Shown here: one piece after another, positions 14,301 to 25,800 of the stretch
Layout: each line of letters starts with the position of its first letter
How positions within the stretch are numbered: position 1 is the first letter of the stretch
Assembly (NCBI GenBank): GCA_964035545.1
Contig: OZ037767.1
Location: 15,901,092-15,965,091, forward strand
Source: Bugula neritina
Taxonomy: Eukaryota; Animalia; Bryozoa
Length of the DNA: 64,000 bases
Reading direction: 5' to 3'
Notes under the pieces: generated by a model
What the model was told of the DNA's origin: nothing
Database searches by the model: none
The model's input: the letters and a program-made list of their open reading frames with translations, nothing else
Translations under genes and position numbers: made by a program

Positions 14301-17300
14301 CAATGTTTTTCGTATCTGTACTTAGTTACTTGTTTGGGTTAAGGGCAATACTATTCACACTTGCGAGTTTTCTGATGTGCGGTTTTTGTAAAGGTGGAAG
14401 ATAATTTTACTATATATTAATTGTGTTTAATATGTAGCTGTCATACTTCTCACTTAGCTTTCTTTATATGACTCAATTATTTATCTGTTCAGTGTAAGAG
14501 TGCTGAGAGTTTAACTGAATCACTGATGATATATCTAAGAGTATAACTGAGATTACAACTCATAGTGTAACTGAGACTCTTACTGACAGTGTAACTGATG
14601 ATATAAATGATAGTATAACTGACTAGTGTAACTGAGAATATAACTCAGAGTATAACTGACAGTATAACTGAGAGTATAACGTATCAGACAAGAAGCCGAA
14701 GAAGAAGTACTATCCGGAAGCACCCGAACCGAAGTACCAGGTGAAGGAGTACGTCTCCACTCTGCTGCTCTACTCCGGAGGGAAGTCCTACCTGCCTAGC
14801 GGGAAGAAGACTCTCTTCCTTCAGCAGGTGATTTCAGGACAGAGTCATGCCTCTCCTCAGTACATGGTGAGTGTTACGGGACGGGTGTTCACCCTCCCCG
14901 CTTTCTCACTCAGTCTGTTTCAAGAATATTGCTAAGGCATAAAGCTACTTTCACCAACCGCTTTTTATAGTCCAAATACGTGTTTTAATACAAATATCGG
15001 CTAACATTTTTATGCATATTGTTTTCTGTTGGAATAAATATATACTACGTATTCAAAAGAAAATTAATGGAGCAGCCGTGGTCTAGGGATTAGAGCGTTT
15101 GCCTAGTAAGCACGAAGTCATGGGTTTGAACCCCTACAAAGGCTATTGGTGATGTTAAGAAGAGCATCAAGTCATAATTGTTCCTGTGCTACATATGAAT
15201 AAGTCCTTAGCCCAATTTAAAAGAACACTTTTCATCAGTGGTTCTCAGTGGCTGACTATAAACTTGCATGAGTTTTTAAAGAGATTTATTGCGTACTGAT
15301 TTTGTGTCTGTGTGTAGGATTGGAATGACCTAAGCTCCGCCCCACAACTAGTCCTTGACCTAGTTCAGTTCAGTCACAGAAGGTCGGCTCGGTCCTCCGT
15401 GTCGCCCGTGAAATACTCACATCTGACCAATCACAGGCTAGATGGCCCGATCACTACGCTCTCTCCGATAGCCGAGGACGTGGGCTCCGCCCATCAGATG
15501 AACGGAGTGGAGCAACTCGACACACCCCCTTCTTACTCCAAATGTATGTCAGTCTAACAGGAAATACTTGTCTAAATACTAGTCTATTTCCATTGGCACC
15601 ATTTATCAACTTTAGTGTTGTGTTATGACTCATGCAATCTGCACTTAGTTGTACGTCACAGCCATATCCGTGTAATCTTATACAGTTTTTTGTTACGTAA
15701 GCCATTTTCTTATTTGCGAGTGTTCGTTTTGGTGCCACATTTAAGTTTTTATAGTCCGTAATCATATGATGCAGTAAAAGTTGAAAAACAAAGACTTAAG
15801 TCGTGTAATCATGTCCAAAGTCTTGCGTGTTACCCAATTTTTGTTTCATTTTCTTACGTTTTATTTCTTTTTGTTTACTTCTGTCAGTTTAATGCCAGAG
15901 CTTAATCTTAGCCTTAGGACCTAGCAGCCTCTTCTTTTATTAACTTGGCGTGTATATCATCCCCCGTACTTTCTATTGCAGCCACAGATAAGTTATATTT
16001 TGTAATGCAATGTAAAGGCTCCTCACAGACGACCTTTCAAGAAGGGTTCACCTGCCCGTTCTGTCTGAAGAAGACCGTCCCCTCTAATATTCTGTACTTG
16101 CTGAAGCACCTTAGGCTATGTCACAACCGTCTGCTGTTTCTCTATAAGGTGAGTATTCAAACTGAGTCGTAGAGCTCAAGGTAATGGTGTCATTTGGTTT
16201 CTCTCTTTTACGGCAAATTGCAGGTTTCAGTAGCCTCTTTGCTATTGGCTGGTCTGGGTGAACTTCACACCTAGATTATCTGCTAAATCATCTAATGCAG
16301 TGTAATCTAGTGTATTATATTCTATGTGTTTGCCTTGACTGTGTTCCACTGACAAAAATATGTGTAGAGGTCGGGAGGCTTGACTACCTCCCCTTGAAAA
16401 GTAGAAATATAAAATAGGATCAGCTGAAAACATGCTCGTATTTATTGCGTGACTATTCTTTCAACACTATCTGTGTTTTTTTGTCTGTAACGGTGCGTTA
16501 TTAAATACTATTTTATTGTTGCAATAATAATAAAGCAAGCTTCAAAAACTATAAAGTGGGCAACTCCTAAGTTTAGAATTTCTTCCTAAACAGATTTACT
16601 GCTAGAAATAAAAATAGAGTAAATGTTTTGATTATTCTGCTAGGAAGCTGATGGCGACCCCGCAATCATCGTCACGGTGAACTTGTACTACGACGGGTCG
16701 CGCTGCGGTAACCCTTTCAGCATCGCACCGACCCAGAAGCACTTGCAGACTCCCATATCTGACTCGTTCAAGAGGGCGGAGCCTATAAGACGAACTCCAT
16801 ACACGGAAGTGCTGAACGTCAGGTGGGACAACTCTACACTACCCTACCCTACACTACACTACCCTACACTACACTACACTACACTACACTACACTACACT
16901 ATACTACACTACACTACACTACACTATACTACACTATACTACACTATACTACACTATACTACACTATACTACCTCTACACTATACTACACTATACTATAC
17001 TACACTATACTACCTCTACACTACCTCTACACTACCTCTACACTACACTACACTATACTACACTATACTACACTACACTACACTACACTACACTACACTA
17101 CACTATACTATACTACACTATACTACACTACACTATATACTATACTATACTATACTACACTACACTATACTACACTACACTATACTATACTACACTATAC
17201 TACCTCTACACTACACTATACTACACTACACTACCTCTACACTAAAATTTAGTCATATCATCAAATCTCCTAATTCCAATAAGAAGTTTGTTTAAGCTTT

Positions 17301-18716
17301 TCAAAATCTACTTTCTCTTAAATATTTGTACGGTTGTAGGATTCTGCGTTGATTTTTGTATCTTTTCCTCTCCAAATATTTTGAATTCAGGGCGAATAGG
17401 AAAAAGATGACATTAGAAGAGTTTTCGCGGCCTGAGCCCCTTCCACTGATAAGTAACTACAGCTCCTTGCTGGGCCACAACAGGTAGGAGTTGGCTATTT
17501 CCTGTTTTGTGGTTGTTTACTGAGTCTACGTGTGTGGCATGTGTCATCACTTGACATGACACATGCTTGCAGGTGTCTGCTGGAATTAATCGTGTCTTTT
17601 CTTATAATACTGTAATACAATGTACTGTTTTTTGTTTCAATGTGAACTTTTCCATATTTCAATAAATTAAATTTGGATAAGTTCTTAAAAGAAAGTATTA
17701 CTTTAGTTACTATTGACATTATTTTTAAGTCTAGAAATTAACGGAATTGCCAGCTCACTGTTCAAGTATATCTTGTGTTATCAGGCGATATTATCACTGC
17801 ATAACCAATCAGCCCATCCTGTCGAATGACTTTGATGTCGACAGCGACGGGGAGGATGCCGAGTGGATGAGGACCGCTTCCAGTCGACTCATTGATGAGT
17901 TTATCGACGTGAACAAAGGGGAGAAGGAGTTGATGAAAATGTGGAATAATTTCATTAGCAAAAACACTCAGTAAGTTACAGTACTACCCAGTGAGTTACA
18001 GTACTACTCAGTGAGTTATAGTAGTACTCAGTGAGTTACAGTACTACTCAGTGAGTTATAGTACTACTCAGTGAGTTATAGTACTACTCAGTGAGTTATA
18101 GTACTACTCAGTGAGTTATAGTAGTACTCAGTGAGTCAAAGTTGTATTCAGTAATGCAATCGCAAGACTATGTTTTATGCTAATATGTCATAACATACCT
18201 CATTATACCATAACAAAGCATATTATAGTTTATGTTATTGTGTATTGTCTTATTGTATTATATTATTGAGTATACTATTTCATATATTACTGTAATTATA
18301 TGCATATATAATATATAGAGTAATATATGCATATAACCATATATTTTTATGATAATGTCAGTGTATGACAGTACTTCATATATTGCTATATTACTGTAAT
18401 ATTATATTACAACAATACTTCATATATTACTATATCACTGTACTATTATATTACACATCAGTATACGACGTGCTGTTACAGATACATATCGGACACCCAG
18501 ATGGAGGCAGCCTGTCTCAAGTTCGTCTCTGAACATAGTGAAATCTTGTCCTTCAAGTTACGAAACAACTTTCTCTGCCACTTGGCTACAATGTACGACT
18601 GCGGCGTGTTGCAAGCCCGCAGCATCAGGAACATTATTGACTCTATGCCGAAGAAACCCACCGGAGTTAAATCCAAGCCTCCGCCAAACGGCGGTGTCCT
18701 CACATGCAACATCTGA
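11348..18716 (+). CDS. SUZ12: Polycomb repressive complex 2 subunit SUZ12 (divergent), 13 exons, ~678 aa
   Basis: Exons: 11348-11368 (tentative first exon), 11865-12135, 12403-12446, 12701-12771, 13259-13427, 14026-14221, 14688-14866, 15318-15543, 15982-16148, 16644-16822, 17391-17483, 17785-17970, 18482-18716; total 2037 nt in frame. Motifs: PIFLQRNLVYL, LLKNCYKRRK, C2H2 finger CPFC..LLKHLRLCHNRL, YDGS..GNP, PIRRTP, and VEFS box GHNRRYYH..DVDSDGED.EW..IDEFIDVNKGEKELMKMWN..LRNNFLCHLATMYD. Confidence 0.92.
14493..14680. repeat. ~12-bp minisatellite (GTATAACTGAGA/CA) running up to the SUZ12 exon-7 acceptor
   Basis: Direct reading. Confidence 0.85.
15071..15263 (+). mobile_element. tRNA-derived SINE family A
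   Basis: Pol III A box (GTGGTCTAGGGATTAG) and B box (GGTTTGAACCC), then a conserved body ATTGGTGATGTTARGAAGARCAT..GTCATAATTG..TAAGTCCTTAGCCCA shared with 38898-39103, 19543-19830 and 59358-59558. Confidence 0.8.
16830..17243. repeat. (ACACT/ATACT)n pentanucleotide microsatellite in SUZ12 intron 10
   Basis: Direct reading; source of the YTTLH-repeat ORFs. Confidence 0.95.
17966..18136 (+). repeat. 20-bp minisatellite (ACTCAGTGAGTTATAGTACT) beginning at the last SUZ12 donor site
   Basis: GTRAGT recurs at 17971+20n, n=0-8. Confidence 0.92.
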
Positions 18717-19571
18717 ACCGGTGATGGTTTATTGGAGTTGCCCGATCTTCTATTTAGGAAATAATGAAGCCAAAGACTTGGTTAGTCGTAGGAAGCTGCC
18801 GGTGACCTTCTTTGGCTGGCTGCAAGGTCAAATTTGAATACAATCACGTTTAAAGACTGTTGAAGACACAGATACGGTCAGCTTTGTGATTCACCACGAG
18901 AACTCAACCTTATTTTAATTTAATTATATACAAGAAGTTATCTTCTCGGTTAGAAATCATTGCGCACCAAATTCATTTAAGTAAGTTTTACTATTGTGAA
19001 GCAGTCATATTTTCTCATACGTGTATATAATCACAAATCATAAATTGGTCAATTTTATTTTGCGTTACTTGTATTTCCATCTAAACAGTTTAATTAGTGA
19101 GATTAATCTAGTGAATTTTTTTGCACGCTATATATCCTGGCAATTCCCATGACTTATTTCTGTTCTCTGTTGTCTATTATGTAAGTGATTTTATGGTTGC
19201 CATGGTTACTATCTTTTTTATTTTCCCGTCTCATAGTTTTTGAGCTTATACCTTCATTTTTCTTGCAGGAAGCATAAGAAATATCTTTAATTCAAGCAAC
19301 CGTTATTTTTAAAACAATGTCTATTTTGGCCTTTGATGTTGGAAAATGTTTCATATAAACCAAGTGTCAACAAGTTTTACTATGAAAAGTAATGTACCAA
19401 ATCACTGTCTATAAAATATATTATGCCCATTAAATTATCTTGTAGAAATTGTCTGCTCTTTGTAAATGCCACATTTTCCTGTACTAGCACATTAATTGTA
19501 ATAACAAATAATATTTAGTTATATTTTAGTGATCACAACAGTCATGTTCCAGTAGTTGAAGCACTGGCTTA

Positions 19572-19738
19572 TACACTGCGTTTCCATTACCGCATTATGC
19601 GAATGGATTTTTTCATTCGGCTAATGGAAACAGTTACATCGAATGAAACCGCAACTATAAGTTAATGCAAACCACAAACCACAAATAATCAGTACGAAGC
19701 ATTCATTCGCATTATGCGCAGTCATGGAAACGCAGTGA
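19572..19738. mobile_element. MITE nested in a SINE family A copy (19543-19830)
   Basis: TIRs CACTGCGTTTCCAT / ATGGAAACGCAGTG. Removing the insert and one TA restores GCTTAGTAAA as in the SINE at 38928, so the TSD is TA. Confidence 0.75.
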
Positions 19739-20373
19739 TAGTAAAAACAAATTCTGTAGTTTGAATGCCAGTAAAGGCCATTGGTGATGTTAGGAAGAGC
19801 ATTCAGTCATAATATTTCCTTAGCCACAATAGGAAACTAATCTACCTTGCTTTCACTCCAGACTACCACAGGGAATAATGAATCTCTTTAAAAATACAAA
19901 AATTATCAAGACATTTGTTAGCAGTTGTGCTCTCTACATAACTTCGTCCCCTCAAAACTTGCTAATAAAGTTAGTTATACAGGTAATTATTTCAAAAAGT
20001 AAATATCCTGTCTTGTGTACATTCAGGTATGCAATATTATAGTGTAATATGCTGTAAAGACTTCATCAGTATGCATATACACATACCACATCTGTATATA
20101 TTATACATAGATGTAGTGTCCAATTCTTAAAATATTCTACAGATACTCTGCTGAATTCTAGCAATAGTTTGGGGGTTGACAATCTCCTTCCTATAATTTA
20201 TGTTTAATTATTAAACTTAGCTATGAACTTTTTACCACCCAAATTCAACTATTTTCAAAAAATAATTATTATAAAATGATTCAATAGGTATACAAGATGC
20301 GTCACATGCATGTTTTCATGCTTTTGAAAATTATACAAGGACATTATCATATACTCGCGCACTTACTCAAACA

Positions 20374-20471
20374 ACTTTATAGTCGCTATCTCTGCGAGAA
20401 AACCCCTGATAGAAAGGATTTTTGTTAAAACGGGCTAGGGACTTATTCAGATGAGGTACAAAGACATTATC
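20374..20471 (-). mobile_element. 5'-truncated SINE family A 3' end (similar fragment at ~52768-52850)
   Basis: The reverse complement matches the 3' part of 15071-15263 and 38898-39103. Confidence 0.6.
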
Positions 20472-21675
20472 ATACGTTACGTATAAATATGTGTACACCT
20501 TGTAAAGCCTTCTTATTTCAGGTGGTAATTCAATACAATTCAAATTTATTGGCAGTTGAAAAAACTTACTTATCATAGTTTTATATACTTATGCTGTGGT
20601 TTCCTGTGTAGAATTTCACAGCACATTAAGAAACAGAGTTCAGTTTCGGTGTCAATTATATCAGGAATAGTTTATATGTAAGAGTGTCTAATGTTTCATG
20701 AAGTCATAATAATTCAATCGACTCTTTGGAATACTTTTGGCTGCTTACAGTTTTCAATTTTACGTATATTAGAATTCTTCCAATTTTTACAAAATTTTGC
20801 TTCAGGCTGTAAACTTGTAGGTAAACAAAATTAGCTTCAACTCTGAAGCATAATGACTATTTTAAAGTAAATATGTTCATTTAATACTTACTTGCCAGTT
20901 TTAAAGATAAAATATGAATTGGCTTAGAACTATTTTTGAAAATTAGTTCTTGCATATGCATACTATTTTAACCCCTCTCATTATGTCAGTTCTACTTTTG
21001 AAGTCCCTGCAGCATGTGAGTGCTGCACTGTATACATTATACTAGTTTGTGTGACATCTTCTCAGCTGATGAGTTTTGCCTGCCTTTCGTATTGACTTTG
21101 CCCTGTTTACATGAATGTTATGAAATGTATACTGACTGTAATCACCTTCATGACAGCCTGATCTAGTTGTAATCCCTGACTAGTAACTTACCTGTACACT
21201 CTATATTTATAGTCTATTACCTGCTTTCTATAGGTTAATGGCAATACAATGAACAATTTACAAATAGAAGTCTACATTTATTAGTTTTAGTAAACTTTGT
21301 AAGCACTGACATATTTACATCATAGTCATTAATATACTTTCTCTCAGTTGTTTTCTCCTGTTTACACTTGTGCCAGGTTTACACGAAAATCATATATATG
21401 ATTATTGAATATGTTCAATAGTCTAGTATGTTCAACAGTGTAAAATGCTTTCTATATAACTTTATAGTGAGCAGTACTTTGAATGGCTCTGTACAATGTT
21501 TTCTACTCAGTATTTTATTGCCTATGTTTTACACTTTATAAATTTTTAAACCTTCAACACTGACTTGCTTAGTTATCTATCATTTGTATTCTAGACTCTA
21601 AAGTCTATACTATATATAGTAAATACTCTGTATGTTATACTCTATAAACTATGTACTATAGTCTACACTCTATAC

Positions 21676-22007
21676 CAGGGGTGAGCAACTGGAGCCCTAA
21701 GGGGCACTTGTGACCCTTTGCCCAATTTTCAGGGGCCCTGTTAATGCTTAAGATAAGTAAACACTGTCATTGTTATTCTGATTAGCACATCAGCATAGGT
21801 GTCAGCATAGGTGTCGGCATAGGTGTCAGCATAGGTGTCAGCATAGGTGTCAGCATAGGTGTCAGCATAGGTGTCAGCATAGGTGTCAGCATAGGTTTGG
21901 TGACAGATTACTTTATAATAAAAGTTATTATGTGTACAATCTTGTGGCCCTTCGTTTTGGCTGACTTCTGAGTTTGGCCCTCGAAGCAAAAAAGTTGCCC
22001 CCCTCTG
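21676..22007. mobile_element. hAT-type MITE containing a 12-bp tandem array (GTCAGCATAGGT x ~9, ~21789-21896)
   Basis: Ends CAGGGGTGAGCAACT...AGTTGCCCCCCTCTG, with an 8-bp TSD CTCTATAC/ATCTATAC (7/8 match). Confidence 0.8.
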
Positions 22008-22808
22008 ATCTATACTCTGCCATATAGGTATAATTATAGTCTATTTTCTGTACTTAATATTCTATAGCATGTAGTTTATATTCTATGTTCTATTGTCCAC
22101 ATTATTCAACCTATAATCTATAAACTATACGTACTATAATTTACAATCTATATTCTGTAGTCCATAATTTGCAGCTTATACTCTGTTATTTGTTGTACTC
22201 TATGCTTTGCGGCTGTTCCCGCAAATCATAGGTCAAACAAAACTTGGTAAAATCTTCCCTTGTAGGTTTTGGCACTGTTGATGCCTCTTGATGGCTCACC
22301 TTTGACCTGTGATAGTTTATCTCGCTAATTATAGGGTTACTCATGTAGCCTACAATTACAAGCTAATTAGTTTATACGAGGTTGGGCTTTACCACAGGTT
22401 TACATACTACAAGTAAGTTGTTCTTGTGATGAATTACAGGCTAGTATTTAAACAACCTCGTGGAGTATTTGATGTGTTTTTGAATACTTGAAATTCTGTT
22501 TCATCAAAGTAGAGTTTGATAGCTTGTAACAGCACATAACTCAAGTGTTGTGGCAGCAGTTGGCAGCTGTTAGAAAGTCAGCAGTGACTAATTACTAGGC
22601 AGCAGCCAGTGGAATTGTTAGTTGCTTTCAGGCAGAAAAGGGTTTCTTTATCTCATTGCAATCTTCAGCCATTTCCACCAGATATAAGCGGAAAATCTAC
22701 TCATACTCAAACCCGTCTTATTTTATCACAAAGTTTACTTTCTTCTTTCGTCAATAGGATATGACACGGGATTTTACCTCTTCTCCAGTCTTCTGATTCC
22801 AAGTAAAG

Positions 22809-25800
22809 ATGCCGACTTTTAATCTACTCGCTATTTTTCTACAATTATCTCTTATTGCAGCAGCTAATGGTGCCAGTCAAGCCAAAGGTAAGGACGTGGA
22901 AATTACAAAATCCAATAACCTAGTTACTTTCAAATTTCTTAATAGATTTGGGTTTGAGTTAAACTTATGGCTGAAATATTTTCAGTAAGAAGATATTTTT
23001 CCTTCAACTACTAAAATATATATTTTTCCTAATTTCTCTACAACCATACTCACCTCAAAGTTTTGAGATCAATGTATGTATTTACTACTTGAAAGAATAT
23101 ACTGATTTTTAGCTCAGGTTTATAGTTGTTTGTTTAAAGCCAGTGTTTAGTTCAGAATTCCATTTTTCTTATGATTCCTTAGTTAATAATAATGAGTTGT
23201 TATAAAATGATGTGCACTAAAAGCTTCATAAATTCATCCTTTGTTTAGATTTTATGGGATTGTGAAAACAGCAACGAAAGGTTAAATTTTAGTCACCTTT
23301 GAAAATGCCAATTATTCAAACGTTGCGCATCATTTGGTGCAAAATTTATCTTACATGTTAGCATCCAAATGCCACACAACCAACCTGAATGTCAATATGG
23401 GCCTAAGGAGTGCTGTTAATATATTACTGAAGTAACACTAATACAATTTATAAATAAATTAATCAATTAATTAACTAATACATTGTTTAGCCTAATACTT
23501 CTAATACTGTTTGTGTTTTGAATTGTTCCTTCCACAACCTTTGCAGAAATTACAAATATGCATGTCTGTTTATTAATTTTGACAGTAATTAATATGATAG
23601 AAGTCTGTTCCAATTGCCATTGTAGTAGCTCATGTAGCTAAAGCTAGTAGACATCAGCTGTGTATTTACTGTAAACACAGCAATTTCCTCAAATACCACA
23701 CAAGTACAATTAGATGATAATGATACCAACTGAGTTTTTCTTTTTAGGTATTGTGTCCAAAGTAGTTTTGAAACTATAAGTAGAGTGTCCTAAATAACTT
23801 GGTGGTACAAAAGCATTAATATTTTTGCTTAGCTCAAGTTTTTAATTCTTGATTAGATTTTGGGGCAGGGACACATGGACTTCAAACTTTGAGCAACCGG
23901 TTTCTCAGCGTGCTAGAATTAATTCCTGAAAACTAAGTTCTGTTCAAAGAGACATATGCAAGTCCATGTCCTCAATGGACAATATCTGACATATTGCAAT
24001 TACTGGAAGCATATTGCTCTAATACTAATTAACCAGCCCCCATATTTAATGAATGTAGAATGTGCAGGACAAAAAATACCATATAACTAAGTTTGTTTAA
24101 TAAAGTTATAAATTTACAATAAATAGGTTTAGTTCTGTATTAAGCCTCTTTTATACTGTTGATGGTACCATCTCCTTTCTGTTCACAGCAATGGTGTATA
24201 GCTGCAGCAGCAATGATCTGGTAGCCTACACTCAGTTTGGAGTATTCAAGAAGGTGCTAGCCAGTTCTAACTGCTCCCTACTCTTACCTAACAGCCTTTC
24301 CCGGAGTGCAAATGATAAGGTCAGCGTTTTTATAGGACACATCAGTACTCCACCTGGCAGCACCTGTGAGACAGAATACCTGGAAATCTCAGGTAGAAAG
24401 TAAGTTCACCTCTGATTTACTTCTCTGGTTCTGTTCACTTTGACTAGTAAATTTCTACTTATATAAGTTAGTTTGTAAATAAGATGTTTTGAAGGTAGGT
24501 GCATGCAGTAATGAAGAAGTGGGAAAAGCCTGTGTTCTAGATTAGAAATGCAGCCAAAGAAGTTATGCTTTTTGCTAGAATTTTAACCAAAATTTATTAA
24601 GAAATTTAAAGAACTTAGGCTATCTCAATTTCTCTACTACTCCACCTAAAGATATTTTACTACTCCTATGCATAAACTGCTGGACAGTTTACCATTGACT
24701 GCTGTAGCTATATATAAATTACTTTGAATGAAGCTATTACAGAGCATCAAATCAAATTTCACCTCTTTCAAGAACTTCAAGCATAAACTCTGTACAGTTT
24801 ACTATACTGGCCACTGTATATATGATTACTATGTATGAATTTATCATAGCATTTTGCTTTTTTTAGAACTTATAGAGTAGATAATTATTTTAATTGTGAC
24901 ACTTTTGATACCTGTGGAGCTATGATATGAGCTCAAAGCTGCAAATATTTCTCTCCCAGTTTACACACCCTCATTCGAGACAGGTACGAAATCTGACTAA
25001 TCCAATTTCAACCAATGAAGTCACTCAACTTCTGCTGTTGTAGGTTTTGCGGTGGTACTTTTCGAGGTGCTGTGACCTTGACCTTATCAGAAGACGTTCT
25101 CATCTCCTTCCAGACAACATCTCCAGACTCACGCATCACCTTCAACCTACGCTACACCGTATACACAGACGTATGTGGCACACCTTCCACCATCAGCCAG
25201 TGGCCTGTCATACTGCAGACGAACATCTCTCAACCCACCACCTGTTCCACCCAGTTAAACGTTACTCGCTATGACAAACTTGAAATACTAATGAAAGATT
25301 TGATTGGCAGATCTACCTGTAAATTTAATGGTATCTCTGTAAGAACTAGTGATGACTCAGTTTTGTGCCAAGGCATCAACTGTTTGAACTCGGCAGGATA
25401 TGATGTCACTAACTATACAACCTTGACTGTCGTGCGGACATCTTGCGTGTTCTCTTGGTATATTCAAGGCAAGTTAATAGAGCATCGTGTTTATGCTCTC
25501 AAGTGGTACCAATACACTCATATGGCTTAATGTTCATAATGTTCAAATAGATAATTACTACTTCTATTTGTTGCAGAGCTGATTATTTAAAATTGTCCTG
25601 GATTTTCTGTTTTATGTTGGTGCATCGCTACTTAATTGTTAGTTGCTGTCTTGAAGTTTGCTTATGATTTAGACTTTAGAGGCTTTATAGTACTATATGG
25701 GCTAAGATTTCTAATGGTCATTCTAGCTAACATTTCTAAATCATTCTATATTCTATAAGCAGCTTTGAGTTGGGGGTGAGTAAGTGCAATAGTCTAGGAT

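Noticed and set aside
16823-17252. YTTLH-repeat ORFs
   Set aside because: Translation of an intronic pentanucleotide repeat; the SUZ12 exon ends at the donor at 16822.
21741-21989. ADTY-repeat ORF / CRISPR-like array
   Set aside because: A 12-bp tandem repeat with no spacers, inside a hAT MITE in a eukaryotic genome.
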